DNA from: Thermodesulfobacteriota bacterium
GTDB lineage: Bacteria; Desulfobacterota; Desulfobacteria; Desulfobacterales; C00003060
Assembly (NCBI GenBank): GCA_034189385.1
Contig: JAXHVD010000006.1
Coordinates: 39,559 to 103,558, forward strand
Reading direction: 5' to 3'
Length of the DNA stretch: 64,000 bases
A program made the position numbers and the translations under genes. The notes below the pieces were generated by a model. That model saw nothing but the letters and a program-made list of their open reading frames with translations, did not search any database and had not been told where the DNA came from. Positions 45,106-55,133 of the stretch are shown piece after piece (the stretch's first letter is position 1; every line of letters starts with the position of its first letter).

Positions 45106-47181
45106 ATGAAACCCCTTGAAATCATCCGCTCGCGCATTTTCTTCTTCTGCCGCAGCAACTCTGTGCTTGCCTTCCTTGTGTCGTGTTTCTTCATGGCAGT
45201 CTTTGTTCCCGGCTCAGGCGTCGTGCTTGCAGAAGAACTGGGGCAAGCGGAAAGGGAAACCAGCAACACAGAAGCATATCCGCGGTTTGAGCTGGACGAG
45301 GTCGTGGTGACTTCCACCCCCATCCAAGAGCCGGTCAAAGCGATCCCGCGACATGTGACCGTGATAACAAGTGAGGACATTGAACAAGCGCCGAGCAATA
45401 ACGTGGTTGAACTTCTTGCGAGAGAGGCAAACGTCAATCTGAAAAGTTTTTTTGGTCATGACAAGCAAGCCGGTATTGATATTCGCGGGATGGGAGAAAC
45501 CAGCGTGAGCAACGTCATTGTTATGGTCGATGGCTTCAGGCTGAACCCCCCTGACCTCGCAGGTGTTGATTTTGCGTCCGTATCCTTGGAACAAATTGAG
45601 CGAATCGAGATCGTTCGCGGGGCCGCATCTGTGGTCTACGGTGATGGCGCTGTTGGAGGAGTCGTTAATATTATTATGAAGAAAGGGAAAAGAGAGCCTG
45701 AGGCCCGTCTGTACAGCGCTTATGGCACTGACGAAACCTTTGACGAGAGAGCATCGTACGGGGGACAGGTAGAAGATTTTGACTTCAACATTAATGGTAC
45801 TTACTACGACTCTGACGGATATCGAGACAATGGGTTTCTGGAAAAGAAGGATGCCGCCGCTCGGTTTGGCTACGATTTGAACGATTACGTCAGGGCGTCA
45901 TTATCTGCTTCATATCATCATGATGAGTATGGTCTACCGGGCAACGTCCCGATTGAGGACATAGACTCAAGAAGCCGCCGAAAGGAAACCGACAGGCCTG
46001 ATGATTTTGGAGAAACCGTCGACAGACGGGTCATGGGCAGCCTTGATACAGACCTGGTTGAATGGGGCTTCTTCAAAATCAACGGTGCATATCGTCAACG
46101 GGACAACGATTTCATTCTCGGGTACACCCCCTTGAAGAGCAAGAGTAATCAAACAAGCAAGATTGACGAAGAGACGAAGAGTCTGGATGTAAAGTATGTG
46201 AAGGAATATGGTCTTTGGGGTTTGGAACATGACTTCCAGGCAGGCCTGGATTACTACCAGACAGATTATATCAGTGCAAGAATAGATCAGAAAAGAAGAC
46301 ATAACAGCGATGTTTACAGCCTGGGCTGCTTCTTCACAAACAGGCTGTCACTTTCAGAGGATTTGACGGCCCATGTAGGATATCGATATAATATCTACGA
46401 GGGCACGTTCCGTGTGGACGATCTGGAGAGATTTGGCTCTGTGGATAGATGGGTGAATGGAGATGAATTTGACGAGAATTGGCACAATAGTGCCTATGAC
46501 ATTGGCGCTGTCTATTCTCTGACCCATGACACCTCCTTTTTTGCCAGCTGCGCCATGAGCTTCCGAATTCCAAACGTGGATGAACTGGCCCTCCCAGGTG
46601 ATAATTTAGAGCCTCAAGAGGGAAGGCACATAGACGTTGGCATACGCCACAGGATAGAGGCCTTGGCCGAGGTTTCCCTAACGCTCTTCCACATAGAGAT
46701 TGAAGACGAGATCTTCTTTGACGCAGACAAGAATGTAAATCGGAGCTTTGACGAAAAAACAAAGCGGCAAGGCATTGAAGTAGACGTGAAGGCCTACCCA
46801 ACAGATGCCCTTTATCTCTGGGGCAATTATACCTACATGACAGCAAGGTTCGACGAAAGCGACAGTTTTGTTCCACTTGTGCCCAGATACCAGGCGTCCG
46901 TGGGCGTCGAATGGCAAGTCTTTGACCCTCTGTTGCTTGCCGTTACAGGGACCTTTGTGGGGTCGCGATACGACGGCAATGATTTGGACAATGATACCTT
47001 TGCGAAAATAGATGCTTATGAAGTCTTTGACGTCAAGCTAACATACACACACAACGGCCTGAAATTCTTTGCCGGAGCGAATAATATCTTTGACGAGTTA
47101 TACGAAACCCTTGCCTTTAGCGAAAGCTACTTCACCATGCCGACGCGCAGCTTTTATGGTGGTATAGAATGGGTCTTTTGA
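45106..47181 (+). CDS. btuB: TonB-dependent outer-membrane receptor (cobalamin/corrinoid type inferred from the riboswitch)
   Basis: It has a signal peptide, a TonB box-like LDEVVVTST, a plug domain plus 22-strand barrel composition, and a C-terminal ...GGIEWVF. Confidence 0.8.
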   Translation: MKPLEIIRSRIFFFCRSNSVLAFLVSCFFMAVFVPGSGVVLAEELGQAERETSNTEAYPRFELDEVVVTSTPIQEPVKAIPRHVTVITSEDIEQAPSNNVVELLAREANVNLKSFFGHDKQAGIDIRGMGETSVSNVIVMVDGFRLNPPDLAGVDFASVSLEQIERIEIVRGAASVVYGDGAVGGVVNIIMKKGKREPEARLYSAYGTDETFDERASYGGQVEDFDFNINGTYYDSDGYRDNGFLEKKDAAARFGYDLNDYVRASLSASYHHDEYGLPGNVPIEDIDSRSRRKETDRPDDFGETVDRRVMGSLDTDLVEWGFFKINGAYRQRDNDFILGYTPLKSKSNQTSKIDEETKSLDVKYVKEYGLWGLEHDFQAGLDYYQTDYISARIDQKRRHNSDVYSLGCFFTNRLSLSEDLTAHVGYRYNIYEGTFRVDDLERFGSVDRWVNGDEFDENWHNSAYDIGAVYSLTHDTSFFASCAMSFRIPNVDELALPGDNLEPQEGRHIDVGIRHRIEALAEVSLTLFHIEIEDEIFFDADKNVNRSFDEKTKRQGIEVDVKAYPTDALYLWGNYTYMTARFDESDSFVPLVPRYQASVGVEWQVFDPLLLAVTGTFVGSRYDGNDLDNDTFAKIDAYEVFDVKLTYTHNGLKFFAGANNIFDELYETLAFSESYFTMPTRSFYGGIEWVF

Positions 47182-48839
47182 CGCACCAAGACATTGTGTC
47201 TGAAAGCTTCACGACGCGCGCCTTTCTCTTTGTTGCTTTCCTGCAAATAGCCTTGCCGGCTTCGGTCTTATCCGGGCCCTATCCCCCTGCCGCAGGGGAA
47301 CCTGGTTCCGCGGCTGTAAGCAAAGGCGATCCCGCCATCATAGCGTGGGCCACGGGATGGGAGAACTATCTCGTGGGAGAGGAGGTAAGTGAGACGTGGC
47401 AGAATCCGCACAAGGCCCTTGGCCCTGCCGAGGGGACATTTTTTGACATCGTGAGCCTGGGGCGGGGCGGAGAGATCATGCTCACTTTTGATTGGCCTAT
47501 AAGAAATGGTGAAGGTTGGGATCTTGCCGTATTCGAGAATTCCTTCAATGATACGTTTTTGGAGTTAGCTTATGTGGAAGTGTCATCAGATGGGACGCAT
47601 TTTTTGCGCTTTGACAATGATTCCCTCACTGCCGATCCTGTTGGGGGGTTTGGCGCAATTGACCCAACCGATGTCTATGGCCTGGCAGGGAAGTACAGGC
47701 AGGGATTTGGAACGCCGTTCGACCTTCGGGATCTGGCGACGAAGGAAGCGGTTTTGAATGGCACGGTCAACCTCAGTCGCATTACTCACTTAAGAATCGT
47801 GGATATTGTTGGCGACGGAAGCTGCGTCGATACCAGTGGTGATGTCATCTTCGATCCATATCCGACGGTGCAGAGTGCCGGGTTTGATCTGGATGCCGTT
47901 GGAATCCGTTACGAAAACACCACACCACAGAATAGTGCACCTGATCCACCTGTATTGTCTGCCCCCCCGAATGAAGCCACGGATGTTTCACTGACGCCCA
48001 CTCTTGAGACAGAGCCCTTTTCTGATCCTGATGAAGATGACGTGCACCTGATGACCACATGGCAAATCAGCAAGGCCTCAGATTTTTCGAATCTCCTATT
48101 TGAAGCAACAAGTAGTGCACTACTGACTGAGTTGACAATACCGCGGTTATTGTTGAAGGCAGGCGAGACGTATTACTGGCATGCCAAATTCTACGATGGA
48201 GCGGCACTTGATTCCGACTGGTCAGAACTTCATATGTTTCAGACAGTCGACCTGTTTGATGATGAAAATGCAAATGGGATTCCTGACGATCAAGAACTAG
48301 GGGTTGGCAGCACGGTGGATCTGAACAATGACGGCATGGATGACGTGTCCCAGATTGATGATCAATTCAAAGTCTTTAATACGGTGATGGGAGAAGGACA
48401 GATCGCTGTTGAGGCGCCAGCAGGTGTCATCATCGAGAGGGTTGAGTCAATGGATCCAGACGGCATTGCTGATATCACTTCTAAACCGGATTCGATACCG
48501 TTGGGGCTGGTAGGCTTGATATTGAAGGTCCCTAATCCTGGCAACAAGGTTACTGTTATAGTCTATCTCTCTGAAGCATCACAGGAGAATGCGAGATGGC
48601 ACCGACATGATTCGATCCGCGGGTGGAGCGAGTATCCAAATGCTACCTTTAGCCAAGATAGGCGGTCAGTGACCTTAGAATTCCAGGATGGCGCCCACGG
48701 GGACGCAGATGGCGCAGAAAACACATGGATAGTGGACGCTTCAGGCGTTGGCTCCTTTGTGTCGCCAGAGCCACCAGAAAGCGGAAAGGGTGGTGTAAGT
48801 GGTAACGGCTGCTTTGTTTCCACACTGCTATGTCAATAG
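47169..48839 (+). CDS. Exported protein of unknown function (556 aa) co-transcribed with btuB
   Basis: It overlaps the btuB stop by 13 nt, and an alternative GTG at 47196 gives a cleaner signal peptide ([25 protein letters not shown]). It contains Asp-rich Ca-binding-like repeats ([19 protein letters not shown]). No TM segment is seen. Confidence 0.65.
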   Translation: MGLLTHQDIVSESFTTRAFLFVAFLQIALPASVLSGPYPPAAGEPGSAAVSKGDPAIIAWATGWENYLVGEEVSETWQNPHKALGPAEGTFFDIVSLGRGGEIMLTFDWPIRNGEGWDLAVFENSFNDTFLELAYVEVSSDGTHFLRFDNDSLTADPVGGFGAIDPTDVYGLAGKYRQGFGTPFDLRDLATKEAVLNGTVNLSRITHLRIVDIVGDGSCVDTSGDVIFDPYPTVQSAGFDLDAVGIRYENTTPQNSAPDPPVLSAPPNEATDVSLTPTLETEPFSDPDEDDVHLMTTWQISKASDFSNLLFEATSSALLTELTIPRLLLKAGETYYWHAKFYDGAALDSDWSELHMFQTVDLFDDENANGIPDDQELGVGSTVDLNNDGMDDVSQIDDQFKVFNTVMGEGQIAVEAPAGVIIERVESMDPDGIADITSKPDSIPLGLVGLILKVPNPGNKVTVIVYLSEASQENARWHRHDSIRGWSEYPNATFSQDRRSVTLEFQDGAHGDADGAENTWIVDASGVGSFVSPEPPESGKGGVSGNGCFVSTLLCQ

Positions 48840-48854
48840 TCATGCCGAAAAGCC

Positions 48855-49868
48855 CTAGCCCTTGTGTCTCAGTAGGATTCTAATAAAGACAGGGCCTCCT
48901 ACAATGGCCGTGATGATGCCTACGGGCATCTCTGTGGGAGCCACGACCGTGCGGGCCACGAGGTCACACAGGGTTAGGAAGGCGCCCCCCAGGCAGAAAC
49001 AGGCTGGGAGCACCAGCCGATGGTCCGCGCCGGACAGGCGCCGCACCCCATGGGGGATGATCAGGCCCACGAACCCGATGGGACCGGAAAGAGATACGGC
49101 CGCCGCTGTGATGAGCCCCATTCCGATAATGACCTTCTTCTGCACAGCGGCTACTTGTACGCCGTGGCCTGCCGCCATGTCCCCTCCAAAGGCGAGCAGG
49201 TTCAGGGCATGCCCCTGAAAGAGGAGCAAACCCAGGCCCGGAATCATGAGGGGTGCCAGGGTGAGCAACTCCCCGTAGCCTACCACGTCGAGCCCGCCCA
49301 TGATCCATCGATCCATGGTAACGAGAAGATGGGGGCTTGCCAGATACCGGATAAGCAGAATGGCGGCCCCGCAAAGGATGTTGACGGTCACTCCGGCCAG
49401 GAGGATCGTGGCCATGGACACGCCTGCTGTCCTTGACGCCACACGATAAATCACCAAAATGGCGGCAAGACAACCGGCCAGGCTGAAGACCTGGACTGTG
49501 GACAGGGGGCCAAGGCGAAAGAAAAGGCCGGGGACCGAGATAGCCAGCACAGCGCCCACAGCCCCACTGCCCGACACGCCAAGGATAAACGGCTCGGCCA
49601 AGGGATTGCGAAGGGCGACCTGAAGGGCGCCCCCGGCCACGGCCAAGGTCCCGCCGACGGCAAAAGCCAGCATCACGCGAGGGATGCGGTGGTAGAAGAA
49701 GATATCGAAGTCCACGTTGGGTGCAGAAGAGAAGAGCCCGGCCAGGATTCGGGAGACCGACACGTGTTCTGTCCCCACAAGGGGAGCCACGGCCAGGACC
49801 GCCAGGGCGAGCAGCCCGTAGCCCACCAGGGCCGTTATGAGTCGCCGAGGGGTCATGACAGAGGTCAC
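48855..49868 (-). CDS. btuC: FecCD-family ABC permease (B12/siderophore type)
   Basis: The 337-aa polytopic product has a typical FecCD pattern ...GPIGFVGLIIPH..R. Confidence 0.8.
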   Translation of the reverse strand: MTSVMTPRRLITALVGYGLLALAVLAVAPLVGTEHVSVSRILAGLFSSAPNVDFDIFFYHRIPRVMLAFAVGGTLAVAGGALQVALRNPLAEPFILGVSGSGAVGAVLAISVPGLFFRLGPLSTVQVFSLAGCLAAILVIYRVASRTAGVSMATILLAGVTVNILCGAAILLIRYLASPHLLVTMDRWIMGGLDVVGYGELLTLAPLMIPGLGLLLFQGHALNLLAFGGDMAAGHGVQVAAVQKKVIIGMGLITAAAVSLSGPIGFVGLIIPHGVRRLSGADHRLVLPACFCLGGAFLTLCDLVARTVVAPTEMPVGIITAIVGGPVFIRILLRHKG

Positions 49869-50677
49869 GGCGCGGTCTCCCCCTCTTTTTTATTCCCCGT
49901 TGCCGGGAGCACGACCGGCCTGTTGGTTGTGGGATGGCGTGATACAACGATTTCCTCGCCATAGACTTCGTAGAGGATGTCTGGGGTCAAGAGGTCGCCG
50001 GGAGGACCCTTGTGGGTGATGGCGCCTCCGCTTACAAGGAGGAGGCGATGACTGAAGAGCCCTGCCAGGTTCAGCTCGTGGGTAACCACCACCACACCCA
50101 CACCCGAGGCCACCAGATCGGACAGAAGATTGAAGAACCGAACCTGGTGATGGATGTCCAGGGCGCCCGTGGGTTCATCTAGAAGGAGCACTTCCGGCTC
50201 CTGGGCGATAACCGAGGCGAGGAGCACACGCTGCATCTCTCCGCCGGAAAGATGAGACAGCGGGCGGGTCCGTAAGGCTTCGGTCCGGGTCTGAAGAAGG
50301 GCGCGATCCACTGCTTTCATGTCTTGAGCCGTGAGAAAACCGAACCCCTTGGCATGAGGAAAACGGCCCATGGCCACCACGTCTTCCACGGCGTAGTCGA
50401 AAAAGGTCTCCACCTGCTGGGGAAGGTAGGCCACATGGCATGCCATCTTCCTTCGGGTCATCTCTGCCGTCGGCCTTCCTTTCAAGCGAACGGCGCCGGC
50501 CTGAGGGGTGAGGACGCCTGCGGTTAGCTTAAGAAGGGTGGTCTTGCCCGAGCCGTTAGGGCCGATGATGCCCAGGATCTCCCCCTCTTGAACAGAAAAA
50601 GAACAGGGGCCCAGACGCCAGTCACTGCCGGCGTAACCATAGGTGACATCTTCCACGGTCAGAAGATCACTGGGCAT
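49865..50677 (-). CDS. btuD: ABC transporter ATP-binding protein (B12/iron-chelate type)
   Basis: It has Walker A GPNGSGKTT, the signature LSGGEMQR and Walker B LLLDEP. A 4-nt overlap links it to the permease gene. Confidence 0.8.
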   Translation of the reverse strand: MPSDLLTVEDVTYGYAGSDWRLGPCSFSVQEGEILGIIGPNGSGKTTLLKLTAGVLTPQAGAVRLKGRPTAEMTRRKMACHVAYLPQQVETFFDYAVEDVVAMGRFPHAKGFGFLTAQDMKAVDRALLQTRTEALRTRPLSHLSGGEMQRVLLASVIAQEPEVLLLDEPTGALDIHHQVRFFNLLSDLVASGVGVVVVTHELNLAGLFSHRLLLVSGGAITHKGPPGDLLTPDILYEVYGEEIVVSRHPTTNRPVVLPATGNKKEGETAP

Positions 50678-51606
50678 TATTCATCTCCGTCCATCTCTGG
50701 ATGGAGCGCTTGAGCGATGGCCCTGACGGCAAGGCCCATGCGGGGACCGGGTACGAGAAGAAAGTCGTCGGTGAGGATATGGATTCTGCCGGACTGGACA
50801 GCCGGGACGGTCCGAAGCACCTGCCAGTCTGAGATGAGGGCCCTTTTCTGCTCATGCGACACCTCCTCGCCCGGTCTTAGCTCCAGAATTATTTCTGGTT
50901 TGCGCTTGATCAGGCTCTCCTTGGAGACCTCAGGGTAGGGGACGGCAACGTCCTCAAAGATGCTCCCTCCTCCCGCCGCTTCCAGGAGTTCTCCCACGTA
51001 GCTTCCTTTTCCTGCCGTTCCAAGGCCGGAGAGCCCTGCGGAAGATCGCCACAAACAGACAAAGACCCTGGGCCGCTGGTAGACGGATACCTTCTTGCGA
51101 AGGGCCCCCAGATCCTCGCCGATGTTTCTACAAAGGCGAGCGGCCCGTTGCGGGCACTGAAAGACCTCGCCAAGCTGGGTGATGGCACTAAAGACCGAAG
51201 AGAGGCTCTCCATGGCCACGTGGACCACCCGGATCCCTTTGTCTCTGCAAAAGGTGTCCACCTTTTCATGTTTGCCATGGAGGAGAATCAGATCCGGACG
51301 GAGGGCCAGGAGCCTTTCTAGGTTTGGATTCACGTATCCGCCCACCCTGGGCAGTGCTCTTGCTTCCGAAGGGAAGTTATCAAAGTCACTGACGCCCACG
51401 AGACAGTGTCCCTGCCCCAAGGCGAAGATCGTTTCTGTGATATTTGGCCCAAGGGAAACGGCCCGAAGAATAGGTTCGGGGCACGCTTCCTGGGCGTCCA
51501 AGGCGTCACCTTGGCACGACGTGAGCAATGCAAGGCAAACCACCAGGCCAAGGATGGCGGCCAAAGCACCGATCGTCCGTTTTCTGAAAACGCCCATGGT
51601 GCACAT
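50677..51606 (-). CDS. btuF: Periplasmic/lipoprotein substrate-binding protein (BtuF-like, class 8 PBP)
   Basis: It has a lipobox LLTSC and the pattern RAVSLGPNITE..FALG. The likely true start is the second ATG at 51597, given the position of the AGGGAG Shine-Dalgarno. Confidence 0.75.
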   Translation of the reverse strand: MCTMGVFRKRTIGALAAILGLVVCLALLTSCQGDALDAQEACPEPILRAVSLGPNITETIFALGQGHCLVGVSDFDNFPSEARALPRVGGYVNPNLERLLALRPDLILLHGKHEKVDTFCRDKGIRVVHVAMESLSSVFSAITQLGEVFQCPQRAARLCRNIGEDLGALRKKVSVYQRPRVFVCLWRSSAGLSGLGTAGKGSYVGELLEAAGGGSIFEDVAVPYPEVSKESLIKRKPEIILELRPGEEVSHEQKRALISDWQVLRTVPAVQSGRIHILTDDFLLVPGPRMGLAVRAIAQALHPEMDGDE

Positions 51607-51618
51607 CTCCCTAAGATG

Positions 51619-52024
51619 AAAAAACCCCAGACTGGCGGCCAGCCTGGGGATGTCCCTTTTTTATCCTCACACTGTTTGAGCGTCTGCAGCCCCACCCCGA
51701 AGCCGCTTATACCAAGTCGCATTCAAATCCTAGCTGCGTTGGCCTCGTCGGTTCTGTCCTCGACGTATTGCATATACGCCTGCGGGAAAACCTCCTTGTC
51801 GGCTTGCTATCTTTTTGAATGCAACTTGGTATTACACACGTTCTCTTTGTGGCAGGTCTTCTGGCTTCCCCTCCCTTTCAGCGGCCTTCCCATTCCGATG
51901 TAGTTGAAACAGTGGTCAAAGAATGCCGAAAGGGTTCCCTCTTAAGCAAAGGAGGGAGAGGTAACAGCGGCGGGCCCGCTCCCGAGTTTCACGGGATTCC
52001 CTATTAAGCCCTAGGAGGCACCAC
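51619..52024 (-). promoter_or_regulatory. Cobalamin (B12) riboswitch with a long expression platform and intrinsic terminator
   Basis: The minus-strand core is TAATAGGGAATCCCGTGAAACTCGGGAGCGGGCCCGCCGCTGT...GGGAAGGCC..., with the B12 box AGCCAGAAGACCTGCC (plus-strand 51851..51866). The terminator CCCCAGGCUGG-CCG-CCAGUCUGGGG plus U6 (51649..51619) lies directly before the btuF Shine-Dalgarno. Confidence 0.88.
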
Positions 52025-52031
52025 GTTGCTT

Positions 52032-52060
52032 TTGTTATGCCAGCCCTTCTTTTCTGTCAA
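52032..52060 (-). promoter_or_regulatory. Candidate promoter TTGACA-N17-TAACAA for riboswitch 2
   Basis: The minus strand reads ctaTTGACAgaaaagaagggctggcaTAACAAaagcaacGtgg. The predicted TSS coincides with the aptamer 5' end. Confidence 0.45.
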
Positions 52061-52125
52061 TAGAAAACAGGTGTTCCTCTGAATCCGTAATCGAATGACT
52101 TACCTGAAGACTGCGGATGGGTCTT

Positions 52126-53754
52126 TCACTCTGGTTCAAAGAGGTCCACGAATTCGAACCGCTGCCCGTCAAAGAGCCCTTTGTCGCTTAGTTTGAGTTC
52201 CGGAATGACCAAGAGGGCCATAAAGGAAAGGGTCATAAACGGGGCCTTCAATGTTGCGCCAAGCGCTTTTGCACGCCCATCCAGGTGGGCATATGCCTTG
52301 GCCACTTCAAAGCCGTCTTTGTTGGACATGAGCCCGGCGACGGGTAGGGCAAGGGTCTCCACAAGATCATCGTGAACGACCGCAAGGCCCCCTTTGTTCT
52401 CAATCACCCTATTGACGGCGCGGCAAATATCTTCATCAGAGACCCCAACGGCCACGACATTGTGAGAATCATGGGCCACCGATGCGGAAATGGCCCCTTT
52501 TTTCAGGCCGAAGTTCTTTACAAAGCCGATGGCAGGAGGCACGTCTTGGTAACGGTTTACTACGGCAAGCTTCAGGATATCTCTTTCGGGGTCAGAAACC
52601 GCAAAGCCGTTTTCCACCCGCGGCTTCTGCCGGTTTCTCCCTGTCATCACCTGCCCGTCAATGGCCTCTATCACGTTGATGATCTCTCCGGTCGTTTGAA
52701 CCTTAAAGTCTGACGTCTGCTTTTCCCGTGCACGAAAGTCATTAACAACCCTTGATGGAACCCTTGGAAGCAGCGTTTTCCCTCTTTCAGCCACCTTCAC
52801 TCCATTGATATAGGTGGCCAGGATGTTGAAATCCTCAAAATTGTCTATGACCAGAAAGTCGGCCCAATCTCCTTTTTGAAGAAGACCCACGTCCAAGCCG
52901 TAGTGGCGGACGGGATTCACACACGCACACTTCAACACCTTCATCTTGTCGAAACCCAATGCCAAGGCCCTTTTTGCCAGTGCATTGATTTGCCCCATAA
53001 CCAGATCATCAGGGTGCTTGTCATCGCTGCAAAGCATGGACATGTCATTGTACTCATCAATGGCAAAGCTCAAGGTATCGAAGTTCTTGGCTGCCGAGCC
53101 CTCGCGAATATGAAGCTTCATCCCCAGTTTCAGCTTCTGCAAGGCCTCGTCTTTTTCGATGGTTTCATGATCTGTCTCTATCCCGGCCTTCACGTATTTC
53201 TCAAGCATCTCCCCCTTCACCCCAGGGGCGTGGCCGTCGATGCGCTTTTTGTATTTCTTGGCCAAGGCGATCTTGGCCAACACCTCCGGATCTTGATAGA
53301 CTACGCCAGGATAATTCATCACTTCGCTCAGGAATTTGATCTCGTCTCTTTTCAAAAGCATTTCTACGGCTTCCGGTCCCAGCTCGGCCCCTGCCGTCTC
53401 AAAGTTGGTGGCAGGCACACAAGAAGGTGCACCAAAGTAAAATTTCAACGGCACCTTCTGCCCATCCTCAATCATGTAATCCACCCCATCGATTCCCAAC
53501 ACGTTGGCAATCTCGTGAGGATCAGAAACCGTTGCCACCGTTCCGTGAATAACTGCTAGCCTGGCAAATTCAGAAGGAGTAAGCATGGAGCTCTCGATAT
53601 GCACATGGGCATCAATGAGGCCAGGTATAATGAAGATATCGTAATGACTACGGTCTCGTGTGATGTCTACTATTTTGCCATTGGAAACCTTTAACGTCCC
53701 CGGATAGGTCTCCGAGTTCAAGGCATCCACAATATTGCCTGAAATCGTTTTCAT
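52126..53754 (-). CDS. ade: Adenine deaminase
   Basis: From the ATG at 53754 (GGAAGAGGA Shine-Dalgarno) the protein reads MKTISGNIVD...IPGLIDAHVHIESSMLTP...VSDPHEIANV. Confidence 0.88.
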   Translation of the reverse strand: MKTISGNIVDALNSETYPGTLKVSNGKIVDITRDRSHYDIFIIPGLIDAHVHIESSMLTPSEFARLAVIHGTVATVSDPHEIANVLGIDGVDYMIEDGQKVPLKFYFGAPSCVPATNFETAGAELGPEAVEMLLKRDEIKFLSEVMNYPGVVYQDPEVLAKIALAKKYKKRIDGHAPGVKGEMLEKYVKAGIETDHETIEKDEALQKLKLGMKLHIREGSAAKNFDTLSFAIDEYNDMSMLCSDDKHPDDLVMGQINALAKRALALGFDKMKVLKCACVNPVRHYGLDVGLLQKGDWADFLVIDNFEDFNILATYINGVKVAERGKTLLPRVPSRVVNDFRAREKQTSDFKVQTTGEIINVIEAIDGQVMTGRNRQKPRVENGFAVSDPERDILKLAVVNRYQDVPPAIGFVKNFGLKKGAISASVAHDSHNVVAVGVSDEDICRAVNRVIENKGGLAVVHDDLVETLALPVAGLMSNKDGFEVAKAYAHLDGRAKALGATLKAPFMTLSFMALLVIPELKLSDKGLFDGQRFEFVDLFEPE

Positions 53755-53934
53755 GTCCTCTTCCATCCTGCGAACAAATGAACTACCCAGCACCACACTG
53801 CGGGCATCATGCCATGCCCAGCACCATACATATTTATAACGATTATGGGATGTTGTCAACAATGGCGCCTGCGAGAGGAGAGAATGAGGGCTTGGCAAGA
53901 TTCGTGTAGGAATGTGTTAGGAAAGGCAGGAATC

Positions 53935-55032
53935 CTAGTTGCTAAACATCTTTTTCAACTTGCTGGAAAGCTTCTTTGATTCGAGGGCGGCAAACTCTTT
54001 GAGGAGGGCTTCTTGTTTTTTGGTGATACCTGTAGGGGTCTTGACCATCACCTGAATGATCTGATCCCCCCTGCCGTAGCCCCTCAAGGACGGAATCCCT
54101 TCGCCTCTAAAACGAAAGACCTCTCCCGGCTGGGTTCCCTTGGGGATGTGAAGCTCCTTGTCTCCGTTTAGGGTGGGCACAGTAATGTCGTCACCAAGCG
54201 TGGCCTGGACAAAAGAGATTGGGATCTGGCAGATCACATCATTGTTGTTTCGTTTGAAGAACTCATGGGGTTCAACGTGGACATAGATGTAGAGGTCCCC
54301 GGGCGGGCCGCCGCGGGTACCGCTTTCCCCTTCACCGGTCAGTCTCAGCCTTGAGCCCGTGTCCACCCCGGCCGGCATTTTGACAGAGACCTTTTTCTTG
54401 CGCTCAACCTGTCCTGTCCCACGGCATTCTTTGCAGGGATGTGTTATTTTCCGGCCTTCACCCCGACAATAGGGGCAGGTGGTTCGGATGCTGAAAAAGC
54501 CCTGACTGCGACTGATTTGGCCGCTTCCGCCGCAATGGTGACAATTCTCCGGCGAGGTCCCAGGCTCACAGCCCGTGCCCTCACAAGCCTCACAGCTTTC
54601 CAGCTTTTCGATCTCAATCTCCGTCTCCACCCCAAAGGCTGCGTCCATGAAGCTCACGGAAAGATCGTATCTGAGATCTGCCCCTCGCCGTGCTGCCGTC
54701 CGATTACGCCTGCCGGTGCCAAATCCAAAAAAATCCTCAAAGATGTCGCCGAAGCTGGAAAATATGTCCTCAAATCCTCTGAACCCGGAAAATCCGGTCC
54801 CTTGAAGGCCTTCATGGCCATACTGGTCGTAGATACTTCTCTTTTGGGAGTCTCTTAAGACCTCGTAGGCCTCGGCGGCTTCCTTGAAGTTTTCTTCAGC
54901 TTCCTTGTCACCGGGATTGCGGTCTGGATGGTACTTCAGGGCCAATTTTCGATAATTGGACTTGATCTGGTCATCATCGGCGTCTCGACTAACACCGAGG
55001 ACCTCGTAATAATCCCGCTTATTGGTCATCAT
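53935..55032 (-). CDS. dnaJ: Molecular chaperone DnaJ
   Basis: It has a J domain (DYYEVLGV...[10 protein letters not shown]), a G/F region and four CxxCxGxG zinc motifs. Confidence 0.93.
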   Translation of the reverse strand: MMTNKRDYYEVLGVSRDADDDQIKSNYRKLALKYHPDRNPGDKEAEENFKEAAEAYEVLRDSQKRSIYDQYGHEGLQGTGFSGFRGFEDIFSSFGDIFEDFFGFGTGRRNRTAARRGADLRYDLSVSFMDAAFGVETEIEIEKLESCEACEGTGCEPGTSPENCHHCGGSGQISRSQGFFSIRTTCPYCRGEGRKITHPCKECRGTGQVERKKKVSVKMPAGVDTGSRLRLTGEGESGTRGGPPGDLYIYVHVEPHEFFKRNNNDVICQIPISFVQATLGDDITVPTLNGDKELHIPKGTQPGEVFRFRGEGIPSLRGYGRGDQIIQVMVKTPTGITKKQEALLKEFAALESKKLSSKLKKMFSN

Positions 55033-55133
55033 TCTTTCTATGCCGTACATGCGACAGGGGGGCAGTTGTATTAACCCATAAAAATAATGCAGAAATCCGG
55101 TTTGTCAACACATGGCCGCCCCATCTTCAACAT

